Shown: one piece after another, positions 25,442-37,864 of the stretch
Numbering within the stretch: the stretch's first letter is position 1
Layout: each line of letters begins with the position of its first letter
Program-made: the position numbers and the translations under genes
DNA from: Adineta vaga
Taxonomy: Eukaryota > Animalia > Rotifera
Assembly (NCBI GenBank): GCA_021613535.1
Contig: CP075497.1
Location: 10,416,001 to 10,480,000, forward strand
DNA length: 64,000 nt
Direction of reading: 5' to 3'
Notes under the pieces: model-generated
What the model saw: the letters and a program-made list of their open reading frames with translations, nothing else
The model's database searches: none
Told to the model about the DNA's origin: nothing

Positions 25442-28400
25442 ATGGATGAAGTAAAGAAAAAGAGTACTTCAACCGATATGAATGATGAAAATACTCATGA
25501 TCATTTATTTAATCTTAAAGTAATCGATCTATTTAATTAATTTTTTCTGCAAAAAAAAATCATGATTATTTCTATTTTTCTAGCGATTAAAAGATGGGTA
25601 TGTATCTATTGCGGACAAATTAGGTCATAGCAAATTTAAACCTTATCTTCAACGTTTATTTCAATCCGTTGAACTTATGCTTGTGCAAGAAGTTAGTGAA
25701 TTCAAAAAAATTGATGCTAAATACCAGTAAGTTCTTTTTCAAATGGACTTATCTGTTATAGAAACGTGCTTTTTCTTTCAAAATAGAGATATGGTACGTC
25801 AATGTCATATCTATGAGAAAACACTGACAATGCTCAAAGAAGTATGTAAAAATTGAAGTTTTGTAATTCATTATTTTATGATTACATCTTTCTAGAACAA
25901 TTGCTGTGAATTAAGCACATTTAGGTAAGTGATAGATTCATAAAGTAGATCGGAAAGTATCTTTACAACTATATATATATATATATGATAAATCAGTAAC
26001 AAAAAAGAAAAGTCATTCATATCTTTTTTTTTCTCTCTAGTGAATCAAGCAATACATATGCATTAGATGATTTAACTAAAGTTACCCCTTATCTGGCACC
26101 TGATCTTCTTCAATCAACTCTTGGTAACGGAACTAATGGAGGAAGTACATCGATACAATTTCGTTTACCACGTCGACGTTCATCATTATCTAGTCGTCAA
26201 TATGTTTCCACACCACTTGGACCAACACGAACCAGCAAACCAGCAGTTCCTCTTGCTCATTTCGATGATGAAACCTCATTAGTTCTTACCAATAGTCTTG
26301 GTTTTCAACAACAGCCATCTACTGAACCCGAAAAACAATATGTTGACGCTTTTACTGAACCCGATCCAATTCCAGTCATCGAACACAAAGATTTTTCTTG
26401 TCAAATTATTCCACTCTATGTTGATAAAGAGATTGAAACAACACATTTAGTTTTAGAATATCAATCAACACAAACTGAAACAATCTCAACAGAAACAATT
26501 GCATGTCAATTCAATCCATCTTTAAATGATTGTTCAATGCAAACAATTCTCAATGAACAAAAAGATTTTACTTGTCAATTTTTTCCAACTACAATCGATC
26601 AAACAACTGAAACAATCATGACAAATTATCATACACAAATGATTCAAACAGATTTGATTTCTACAAATGATTATTCATGTCAAATCACACCAGAATATAT
26701 TCATCAACAAATTGAAACAATGCCTATTGAAACACAAGATATTGCTTTACAATATTCATTTGATAATGTATAAAGACAACACTCTTTTTCTCATTATTCT
26801 CTACCCATTTCTTTCTTTCTTTCTTTAGGAAGTAGTTTTTGATGATCAACAAATTCAAACTGATCTTATTCTTCATATCGATGTTTCAACTCAATATGAT
26901 CCTGAAATTGATCAACCTACCACAACAATCCTTCCAATTATATTTAGTGAAGAATTACCTATATCAAATGAAATTGAAATTCTCATTGCCAATCAAGATG
27001 TTCAAACTGATGACAAAATCCTTATCAATCAAGAATGTCAAACAATGACAAGTACATTCATTCATTCGGATGAATATACACAAACTCCACATGTTTATTT
27101 CAATGATTGTGCATCACAATCAACTATTCACACATACGATAATCGAAATATTCAAACAGAACCCGATTCAACTTTATATTCATCATCACTGTTTATTGTT
27201 CCAACATCAACTATACAAACATCATGTTCATCAACTGTTTTGATTATGCCAAAAGAAGTTAATACATCTCCTATTGTTCGAGATCAAGAAATTCAATGTG
27301 ATCTTGATCCTACTGAAACAATTATTCCAATTGAAATTGAACATTCAATACAAACTATCGATCGAAGAAGTCTTATTCAACATCAAATGGACGAGAAAGA
27401 AAAACAAATGAATAGAATTATTGGTAGGATTTCTAAGAAAAACTTACTGAAGAAGAAATACGTCTAGAGTTTAATTTTAAATGAGTCGCAACAGAATATA
27501 TCCTTTGACTACGCCTACAGTAAAATATGATTAGAAATTACAGAGAGGTAGCTTTCTAGAATTACATATAGATTCGAACTAATCTGCCTTTTTTCATAAT
27601 ATAAGAAGAAAATGAATGAAATTCGGTTTTGTATTATTTCCGACCAAATCTTCTAATGATATAGACAAGATGATAAATGATCCTTTCAAATTACTTGATG
27701 TATTTCCTCAATAATAGATGCAGTTATTAGTAACATGAATTCGACTTAATGAATAAACTGTAATCTTATGATAATGTCTTTCCTTTCAGTTACATATTGG
27801 ATCATTAAATGAAATAATAGTCATATTTCGAGATTTTTGACTACGAAATAAGATCTATTTTTCTTTCAATGAATATTAATGTTTTTTTATTTCCCATTGG
27901 AAATACCGCGTACTCACTTATAATTCATTTATTATTTCCGACTCTTTTCTTTTGAATTGCTTGAACATAAAGATAATTTCTAATTAGTTAGCAAAACTTC
28001 CATCGTACTTCATTATTTTGAAGTTTTTCTTTTTGATGTTTTATAAAAGAAAAGTATAATCTTCAAGAGAAAGAACCTGCCTGCATGTTATTCATCCGTA
28101 CCCAGATAATAATTTCTTCCATAATGAAACAAGCGTAAAGGAAACTTTTATCCATCTTAGTTATTTAAGTAGATAGAGAGATGCTTCAGTTGAATAGAAA
28201 GAATTAATAGATTAAAAGAAGCTATAAGTATTTCTTTTTTTAGAGGAATATGCGATGCTTTATGGTGAATATGAAACGGAGCGACGTCGTAATATGGATT
28301 TAACAGAAGCGCGTGATCGTTTAGCGGATCATATCAAAGTTCTTTCGGATGAATTGGGTGATCGTGAGGTATGAACACATTTTAACTTTGATGAATTAAC

Positions 28401-28619
28401 ATTTTTTTTCTGATAAATTTTTAGATCAATCAAGAAAAATTGCTAATTAAAAGTTGTCAACAGAATAAATTAATTAATTACATGTTACCACAAATTGATT
28501 GTTCTCCGATGTTGAAAAAAGTGAGAAAAATTCATATTGATTTTCAGAAAATATTTCTTTCGTTTTAGAAACACAATTCGGCCAGTAGTTTTCGTCGACT
28601 TTTACCCAAATTCAAATGA
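25442..28619 (+). CDS. Orphan multi-exon protein with a long array of TQT-like motifs and a C-terminal coiled coil
   Basis: Nine exons join in phase through GT-AG introns, including a 29-nt micro-exon near 25896 and a ~0.8-kb intron at about 27424-28243. Central Thr/Gln/Asp/Ile-rich repeats; ends LLPKFK* at 28619. The start codon is tentative. Confidence 0.72.
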
Positions 28620-28911
28620 ATATTAATCATGTATAAAAAATAAAAATATTTTTTTTTGTCTCTTTCTTATTCTCACTCATTCATTTTTCTTGTTTGCTGG
28701 ATCTTTGATATAAATTTAATAAAACAAAACGATATATTATGTCACTAAATTCAATACTCTTGAGATACAGATATTCATAACATTTTCTCCGATTAGAATA
28801 ATGAAAATAAAGTATAGATTATGACTGTTGATCTTGTTTTGCACAAAATAGATACGTGTAGAATTCTAATCGCTGTATATTTAATAAGTAGATTAAAGGA
28901 GAAAAGAATTC

Positions 28912-28952
28912 TTTCCTCCTCTTCTTCTTCTTCTTCTTCTTCTTTCTTCTTC
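28912..28952. repeat. (CTT)n microsatellite
   Basis: Run of cttcttctt read directly. Confidence 0.8.
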
Positions 28953-30381
28953 TTTACTTCTCTAGAAGTAGAAAAACAAGTTTTGTCAAAGAATACTATT
29001 TCTTTTTATTCACATTTTCCGTTGAAATAAGAGAAGACTATACTTATAGATAGAAACGGTCTTCATATTTAACTCAAATAGTTATCTGTTTGCTAAAAGA
29101 CGTCTTTCTCGCTTAAAATGAATATTTACTTCCTGACAAATCAGCCACTCTCTCCAGTCAGACAATTCAATGTAATATTATTGAAGAAGAAAAATATCTA
29201 TTCATCAGTTTATTATTTATTCAAAAAGGAAGTCTTTTTGTAGAAATCTAATATATAATTCAGGTAATCTTAATATTTAAATTACAAAAAAGGTTCAAGG
29301 AAGAGACGGTAGAAATCCATGTCGAATTCCCTAAAGAATCAAATTACGTGCGCAATATCAAATCTACTTAGCCGTAGGAGATCATTCATGTAAAATTAGT
29401 AAATAGAAGTCGTTTTCAGTCTAATACGTCTTGATTAAGTTTATTCATTCTATTTGTCAAGATCTGGCTTTGCTTTTCAATTCTAATACATAATAGAAGT
29501 TGTTTTTTTCTCGCTAGAGAGTAGAAAAAAAGAAATTACTACTTTTTTTTTGTATTTTGACAATACATTGTAATGACGTACTCGGATGTAGAAACAATTT
29601 TTTTTCTCTCTAGTTATGTATACACCTTTATTAAATTCGCTTCAGTATGCAAATATTCTATGCTTCAGAGGAAATTTTGTTCCATTTGGTAATGAAGTTA
29701 TTATTAAGTTGAATTACTTGTTTTTCACTAAGATTATATATTGAGTGTTAACAACAGTTGTTTTCTTTTGATGAAATGTATTCTACTATGTCAGTCGAAA
29801 CATTTGTTCATTTATGTTATTTCATTATTTTTATTGATTACACACTTCCGTTGTTATAGAAAGATAAGAATCTTTTTTCTATAGACTTTTAATTCATATG
29901 TATATTTACATATATAGAAATGTGTAGTATTCTTATGGAAATTCATCAAAAATATTATATGCTAAACTACTTACGCACATGATTTCTATTTTTACCTCTT
30001 TGATGTGTATCGTTTGATAAATTCTTTTTTTTTAACCAGATTAATTCTATGCAATCAAATAATAATGTTTTTCTTTTTGTTCGACTCGTGCTAATTTTCA
30101 ACAGGAAGTGAGTTAGAAAAATCTAACATGTATTTTAGATATGCTTTAATGAACAGTAACTATAGTCGTTTCATTAGGACGGGAAGTTCTTTTTCTTCAT
30201 CGTAAAGATTTGTTTGAAAATGTACTTGTATGGGTTCGTAATGGATTCGATTAATTGTTCGCTTTTGTTCGAGTATTCTCTTTCACTATTCAGATAAATG
30301 AAGTTGAATAACAAATCAATAATGTTTCTTTGTTGCTGTTTTCTTTTTATATAGAAATTTCATTGACATAAACACGTACAA

Positions 30382-31770
30382 ATGTTATTACATGATTCAT
30401 ATTTTCATTATTCAAATCGATCAATTAATAATTCACATACTGAAACAATAATCGTCTCTTATTCACCATTATTTCATTCAACATTTACATTAATTATAAG
30501 TATTTTTGGTCTATTGATAAATCTAATTTGTTGGATAAAAATAGTTTTAATTCTTTCTCAATATCAACAACGAAAATTAAGGAAAAGTCAAGAACAATCT
30601 CAAGACTCGAGACATGTTTTATCGCATAAAAAATATCGTTTTCTATTAATATTAACAACTAATGATTTTCTTCTATGTTTATCATCGATAATTAGTTGTT
30701 TGGATGAAAAATATTTCTATCAATCATTTCTTGGTCGTCATCATCTATGTGCTGTTCATATTTTTATGTGGAAATTTACACTTCATTTTATTCCTTTATT
30801 AACTATTGCTGTTCTTTGTCGATATCATTATTTAATCAATAAAACATTTCAAATTCAAAGAATTAATTTATCGACATTCAAACAATTATTATGTAGTGAT
30901 TTAAATATATTAATTGCATTTGTTTTAGCTGTTGCTTGGTCTATTGATGGTATATGGTTATGGGGTGTTGCGGATATAAAAGATTATTTTAAACCACCAT
31001 CATCATCGACATCAGTGATAGAATCTATTCCGAAAAATCAAACAGTGATAAATGATTATTATTTCAATGAAAGTTTGGAATACGTAAATCGAACATTACG
31101 AAAAGAATTCGAAGAAAATGATAATCGATTTCAAATGTTTTTATCCGAACAAAATACCATATGTTATTTTTTAACAAATTCAAATTATGAATTCTCTGTT
31201 CGATTAATACATTTGATTGAGGCTGATTTTTTCTTATTATTTATTTTACATTTAATTGGTCTTTGTCTTGAAATAACTTTACTTATTCGTTTATGTTGTT
31301 GTATTATAATGAGAAAAGTTACATCGGCATTTAATCACGAACGACAATTATGTCTTTATATTCTCTATATATTCATTTTAATGACATTAACATCGTTACC
31401 ATTCTATTTTTATCGTATAGGGGGTATTATTTTTGATACACAAGCAAATACAGGATCAAATGATTTTAATATTGGTCGAACATTTTCTCAAATACTTCTC
31501 ATTGGAATTTGTTTTAAACCTTTATTAATATTTATTTTATTTTTTCCACCACCAATCATCTTTTATTTGAAATGTTATTGTAAATGTTATTCACCAACAA
31601 CTAATGATTCATTAGATCATAATGAAGAAATCGTCTCATTCATGGATACGAAACAACAACAGCAGCAGCAACTCTCATCAGTAGAATATCATCAATATTT
31701 GCTATTACGACAATCGTCACGAGATGAAAAGTTTCATCCAAAATCTCGAACAGATTCGAATCCTGTTTGA
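30382..31770 (+). CDS. Orphan rhodopsin-like 7TM receptor, intronless, long ECL2
   Basis: 462-aa ORF with GLLIN in TM1, LTTND in TM2, LC at TM3, CRY at the DRY position, LP in TM6 and KP in TM7. Confidence 0.75.
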   Translation: MLLHDSYFHYSNRSINNSHTETIIVSYSPLFHSTFTLIISIFGLLINLICWIKIVLILSQYQQRKLRKSQEQSQDSRHVLSHKKYRFLLILTTNDFLLCLSSIISCLDEKYFYQSFLGRHHLCAVHIFMWKFTLHFIPLLTIAVLCRYHYLINKTFQIQRINLSTFKQLLCSDLNILIAFVLAVAWSIDGIWLWGVADIKDYFKPPSSSTSVIESIPKNQTVINDYYFNESLEYVNRTLRKEFEENDNRFQMFLSEQNTICYFLTNSNYEFSVRLIHLIEADFFLLFILHLIGLCLEITLLIRLCCCIIMRKVTSAFNHERQLCLYILYIFILMTLTSLPFYFYRIGGIIFDTQANTGSNDFNIGRTFSQILLIGICFKPLLIFILFFPPPIIFYLKCYCKCYSPTTNDSLDHNEEIVSFMDTKQQQQQQLSSVEYHQYLLLRQSSRDEKFHPKSRTDSNPV

Positions 31771-31926
31771 TTCAAGAACAATCGTATCTATATGAATAAA
31801 TATAGGATAGTGTTTAGAATTTTCTATTTTATTTCAATTAAAAAAAAAGAAAAGAAAGAAAGAGATCTGTATTACAATTATTTTTTAAATTTTATCAGTT
31901 CATAATAATGTGAAAGTTATTTTTGC

Positions 31927-33559
31927 TTAAGGTTTATCGAATTTTGATTTGGAAGCAGAAGTTTTGTGTTTACGTTCAGTTGGTTCATCTTCATTTGCAT
32001 CAACTGGTTCTGTTTCATAATCTATTTTGTCTGTTTTGCTGAATTCGGTTGTAGATTTCATTGGAAGTTCGACTTCAGTTTCTTTTTTTGTACATTTACG
32101 ATCGATTAAAATTTCACCAGGAAGACATTTTTCAACTTTTGGAAGAAGAATACTGGGGGTTGATGAGCCAACACGTAGACGACAAAGACCATTTGAGTAA
32201 TATTCAGTATCTTCTGGACATACATTATCTGGCAATAAAGCTACTAATTTACCTTGATCATAATTTTTGTCAATTTTTTTTCCTTCTAAGTTGTCAGATT
32301 CATCATCCATGGGTTTTTCTTCCAAAGGTTCTTTGGATTTGATGTATACACATTTCTTTCCATACAATTCCATACCAAGTGGGCACTTACCATCTTTTCG
32401 GAGAAGATTTTTTAAATCGTAGGCAACTGTTGTTGAGCTGCGGTCTGCTTCATCTACGCATGAACCTTGTTCATCAGCTTTTGTTCCTGGTGGACAACCT
32501 TTTGGAAGATCGGTCTCATTTGTTTTTTCACCTGCATGATCTGATGATTCATTTTCATGTTCTTCTGATTTATCAGTACGATTTAATGATTTATTTTTAT
32601 GTTTTACTGATTGACTTGTATGGTCTAATGGTTCATTATCTTGCTCTTCTGATTCACCAGTACGGTGCGTTGGTTTCTTTTCATGTTCCACGGGTTCACT
32701 TGTATGATCTAATGGTTCATTATCATGTTCTTCTGGTTTATCTGTATGCTCTAATGGTTCTTCGTCAAGCCCCTTTGGTTCAGTTGTATGGTTTAATGGT
32801 TCATTGTCATGTTGTACCGGTTCACTTGTATGATCTAATGGTTCATTGTCATGTTCTTCTGGTTTATCAGTATGAGCTAATGGTTCTTCATCATGTTTCT
32901 TTGGTTCATTGTCATGTTGCATTGGTTCAGTTGTATGATCTAATGGTTCATTGTCATGTTCTTCTGGTTTATCGGTATGAGCTAATGGTTCTTCATCAAG
33001 TTTCTTTGGCTCAGTTGTATGGTCCAATGGTTCATTGTCATGTTGCATTGGTTCACTTGTATGATCGAATAGTTCATTACCATGTTCTTCTGGTTTATCG
33101 GTATGAGCTAATGGTTCTGTTTCGTGTTCGGCAGGTGTTTTATCAAACTGTTTTGGTTCAGTAGTTGTTAATTGATCTTCGGACACAATATCTTTACAGA
33201 GACCATGTTTACCATGGACTTGACCTTTGGGACATCCACCAACTTCATTGAGTTTTTCGTCATTTTTGGTTAAAACTATATTTGGAAGAGTAATGTCTTG
33301 AAGTCGGGATGGAGTTGATTCCGTTTCCGAATTTAGTGTTGTAAACGCAATTGGTTGACATTGACCTTCAACTAATTCAAATCCTTCCAAGCAAGAAAGC
33401 ACTGTAGTTACATCATTGATTGGTACTGTATGAAAAGAAAAAAAAATAATGATATATATCTTTATTTTATTTAAATATAGAAGACTTACATCCATTTGTT
33501 GAATGTTGACTGATAAAGACAATCAATAAAGCTGATGCAATTAAAAATGTAAGTTTCAT
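31927..33559 (-). CDS. Secreted protein with His/acidic tandem repeats and CPxG-type two-Cys modules; intron 33426-33489
   Basis: Signal peptide MKLTFLIASALLIVFISQHSTNG spliced in phase to LPINDVTT. Six C-x-x-G/D-x(6-8)-C modules and a central repeat array. Confidence 0.8.
32530..33150 (-). repeat. Coding tandem repeat: 21-nt basic unit, 42-nt unit, about 126-nt higher-order unit
   Basis: ctaatggttc recurs at about 42-nt spacing. Protein reads EPLAHTD-KPEEHDN-EPLDHTS-EPMQHDN-EPLDHTT-EPKKLDE. Confidence 0.9.
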
Positions 33560-34365
33560 GTCTTTTACTATACTGATAGGAAAGGATATATGGTAAAGAT
33601 ATAATCGAAAGACTATGATAGTGTTTAAACATTCAGCCTATAGTTTATATAGTTCGATGATAAACAAAGAAAACAAAGTAGACTAATTCTAGTCAGAATG
33701 ACACGCCGATTATCTAGATGATAATGACCAAAGACAGAAAAAGAGAGAGAATATCATATATCGTAATCATCTCGTATCCGTCAGCCGTCACTATCAGTTA
33801 ATATACTTCTTTGTATTCATATAAAATGATCATATTGCACTCTACTTACTGAAAAAAATCCCAAAAAGACAAAAAGAAAACTTTCTACATATGCTTTTCA
33901 TCGTTTATATTAGAAAAAAAAGAATCCTAAAAATTACGACAGTCGACAAGTTCAATTGATAAGAACGACATCTGTTGTTTGTTAACTATTTTACATAATT
34001 GGACGTGTTCTTTGTCTTATCCAAAAAAATTCATAATCATTTCTGTTTCTGCCATTTTTTTTTGATATTCTCAAGATTTGAACGTGTTATTGTTGTTTTC
34101 TTGACAAAATACTAAAAATTTATAGAGATAAGATTTATCGAAAGATAACATGAAGTATATAACCAGACTTTTTGTGAATGTAAAAGAAAAGGAATATCAT
34201 ATATGGTTGACATTAAGTAAAACAGAATGATAACCGACGTACCTACTAAACTAGAAACGAATTCTCTAATGGATAACGGGTGATGTGTTGTATTATAAAA
34301 TTGCATATTTTCTCATAAATATTATTTCAATTTCATAGATCTGTTAGTCCTAAATCCAACCAATT

Positions 34366-36389
34366 ATGGATATCGAAGAAAATCAAAGTTTAGATAAAAC
34401 AACAATAACTGATCAAAATAGTTTAGTACTTCCACAAGGATCAATCATAACTTTTTATTCTTTAAATTATACAATACATACACAAAAATATTGTAATATA
34501 TGTCCATTACCATTTATAACAAAGAAATATCAACGAATTCTTTATGATATTAATGGTGTATTTAGACCTGGCATGAATGCTATTCTTGGACCAACTGGTA
34601 GTGGAAAATCATCATTATTAGATATATTAGCTGATCGAAAAGATCATCAAGGTCTTGATGGACAAGTTCTAATGGATGGACAGAAGCAAACAAATGATTT
34701 TAAACATCGAGTTGGTTATGTTGTTCAAGATGATATTATAAGTGGAACATTAACAGTACGAGAAAATTTAATATTTTCAGCAAATCTTCGTTTATCGAAA
34801 ACCATTTCTCGACAAGCGAAAAAGGCAATTGTTCAACAAGTTATCGAACAATTAGGATTAGAAAAATGTGCTGATTCCAAAGTAGGTACGGAATTATTAC
34901 GTGGAATATCAGGTGGTGAAAGAAAACGAACAAATATTGGTATGGAATTAGTTTTATCACCATCTATCTTATTTCTAGATGAACCAACGACAGGTAAATT
35001 AGTAAACATATCAAATCGTTCTTTTAAAAAAAATATTTTTCAATCAGGTCTTGATTCATCAACAGCTCGTAATGTTATGGAATATCTTCATCAATTATCA
35101 CGACGAGGACGTATGTAATCTTTCTGAATTTATCTTTTGTAAAAATCTTCTTCAAATTATTTTTTAGGTACAATTATATTTTCAATACATCAACCTAGTT
35201 ATTCCATTTTTAAACTTTTTGATACTCTATTTTTGATAGCAGCTGGTCACTGTATTTATCATGGTCCTTCTAATCGAATTCTTTCGTATTTTTCTTCGAT
35301 TGGTTATGTATGTGAAGAACATGATAATCCTGCAGATTTTCTTCTTGATGTAACACAAGGTGATCGTTATGCATCGGACAATGAGAACCAAATTCTGACA
35401 AAAGACATGAACAAAATGCTCATCGTTTACATGATTTATATATCAAATCAGATATTTATGCGTCAGTTCTTCAAGATATTAATCAAACAAATAATCAACA
35501 ACTAAATGTTACAAAAGATCATCCCAAACACAATATATCGACTTCACGTTTAAATGAAATTCTCTATGTTTCTCAACGTACATTACGAAATGTTTATCGA
35601 AATCCAACGTTAGTTATTATGCAAACAGTAGTAACGATATTCTTTGCAATACTTGTTGGTCTGATTTATTTACAAATTGACCGTAGTGAAGATACAGGAG
35701 TGAAAAATCGTATGGGTGCAATATTTTTTATTGTTACTAATCAAATTATGGCTAATCTATCAGCAATTGAATTATTTCTTAAAGAACGTACTTTATTTAT
35801 TCATGAAAATGCAAGTGGATATTATCATGTTTCGACATATTTTCTCGCTAAATTAGTATGTGATCTTATTCCATTACGTATAGTTCCATCGATTCTTTTT
35901 TCAACGATTGTTTATTTTATGATTGGTTTTCAACAAACAGTCGAGAAATTCTTTATTTTTTATTTTGCGATCTTTACAACAACAACATGTGGAGCTGCAT
36001 TTTGTTTTTTACTTTCTGCCAGTGTAGAAGTTTTTGGTATTGCTAATTTATTAGCGGCGATGTGTTTCGTTTTAATGATGGTCTTCGGCGGATTTCTAGT
36101 TGAAATATCATCCGTTGTCAGTTTTCTATCATGGATTAAATGGGTTAGTATATTTCGATATTCATTCAATATAATTAATATCAATGAATTCAGTGGTTTG
36201 ACACTTTGTTTAAAAAATAATGCAACAATTTGTCCAATCAATGGAACATTTATTATACATAATGTTGCTCATATTGAGTATGAAAATCAATGGGATTTAT
36301 GGAAAAATTTTGTAGCATTAGGTTCGATGACAATCATATTTTTCATTTTGGCATATATACAACTATTTCGAATGAAGAAAACGAAATAA
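34366..36389 (+). CDS. ABCG (ABCG2/white-like) half-transporter with an apparent 1-nt frameshift near 35390
   Basis: Walker A GPTGSGKS, signature ISGGERKR, Walker B LFLDEPTT|GLDS, TIIFSIHQP, NPADF and six C-terminal TMs. Two short introns near 34994 and 35111. The linker changes frame at about 35390. Confidence 0.88.
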
Positions 36390-36542
36390 TCAGATCAATT
36401 TCAAAAGTTCTATAAACTAGTTCACTATTTATTTTTTCAGTCAGTTTTCGTTTTGTATTTATTTATCGATGTATTTGCTTTGATTAATAAAGATATTGCA
36501 TTTAGATATATTATATGCGCTTTTTTTCTTACTTTTTCTCTC

Positions 36543-37123
36543 ATGTTTATGAATTCGTCTGTAAATGATGTTCACATTCCTGAAGGTCTACAAAAAATGC
36601 CTGAAGATTTCGTTCGATCTGTGGTTTCATCGAAAATAAAATCTTGATGAATATGAAAATCATCGAATGACACGACCGGTTTTATTTGGTGATACATTCA
36701 ATCCTGAATTTGAAAAATTTGATATACCGAAACTTTCGAATGAAAAAAGTCCAGAGGAACATCATTTTTCTTCAACAAATAATCTCAACAACTTTACCAT
36801 TTCGGACACTTGATTACGAACAAATCGAAGAAATTATTCATGAAGGAGATATTGCTGATGCCAGTAAACAAAAAAAATTGATTTATGCATAAAATCAATA
36901 TCTGATTCTAAAAGCATGTCAAGCAGGCGATTATTTTGGAGAACGTGCTCTGTTATATAATGAATGTCGTGCAGCAACTGTAATCGCTCTAACAAATTGT
37001 CAATTATTGGTACTTGACCGAGCTGATTTCAATCGTTTATTAGGTAGTGCGAAGTATGTATTGAAACGTAAAGCAGAACATTATGAAACTATCGTTAAAG
37101 ATATACAAAATAAACATATGTAG
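36543..37123 (+). pseudogene. Degenerate PKA type II regulatory-subunit-like relic
   Basis: Fragments IPEGLQKMPEDFVRSVV (D/D-like), FGDTFNPE...EKSPEE, LPFRTLDYEQIEEII and GDYFGERALLYNECRAATVIALTNCQLLVLDRADFNRLLG...KRKAEHYE, separated by two frameshifts and an in-frame TAA (36890). Most of cNMP domain A is missing. Confidence 0.75.
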
Positions 37124-37221
37124 TCATACATTTCTCTCTTTCTTTTGACTCGGTAGTTGATTAAAAAAGCATAGAAAACCATATGATGCCATTCATAAAT
37201 TGCACTCAAACTGTGTGAACG

Positions 37222-37828
37222 ATGAATGTGACTTGGAATGAAAGCGAACATTGGTTGAATGATATTCAATTTGGAAATCTTGGTGCAGCTTTATTTATTA
37301 TTGCGTATATTGGATTTTATGGATTAGGAATTATTTGTTTCTTTGGACAACAATTAAATGAAATACAACGACAACGATTTGAATTACCAGCAACATTCTT
37401 AAAAACACTCTGGGATGTTCCAAGTAAAAATAAACTCTATGGTTTGTATTACAAGAATCCAATGATATATTTTCATTTGAACTTAATTTCTTTTTCTTTT
37501 TTTAGAAGAATTATCAGATGTTAATCGTTTAAAACGAATATTTTATTGTTATTTCAATGAACATGAATCATGTACAACAATTAATAATGCAGAACTTCGA
37601 TCTATTGCTGAAGAACGTGCTTATGCATGTGCAATAAAATATCGCGAAAAAATCCGACGTTTACATTTATCTCATGCAGATTATTATTTAGATACAATTC
37701 CACGTTTATCTGTTAGTGAAAATGAGTTTCAAGAACAAATTTTAAAATCATTGCCATCATCACGACGAACAGAAATGAAAACAACTAAAGAGTTTGATTA
37801 TGAATATTTGTCAATATCTGTTGTTTAG
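37222..37828 (+). CDS. Small single-pass membrane protein, unknown family; one intron starting at 37442
   Basis: N-terminal sequons NVT and NES, TM GAALFIIAYIGFYGLGIICFF, second exon joins in frame, ends in SVV*. Confidence 0.7.
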
Positions 37829-37864
37829 AAAGTGATTCATTTTGTTTATTTGTATGAATTTTCT

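Noticed and set aside
27424-28243. Unusually long intron possibly hiding a nested gene or transposon
   Set aside because: No ORF, terminal repeat or recognisable motif could be supported.
32530-33150. Regularly spaced repeats that could be mistaken for a CRISPR array
   Set aside because: No unique spacers, units are multiples of 3 inside an ORF, the context is eukaryotic and there are no cas genes.
32379-33164. 261-aa plus-strand ORF (LMVH repeats)
   Set aside because: Antisense shadow of the coding tandem repeat; stop-free because the repeat unit lacks stops on that strand.
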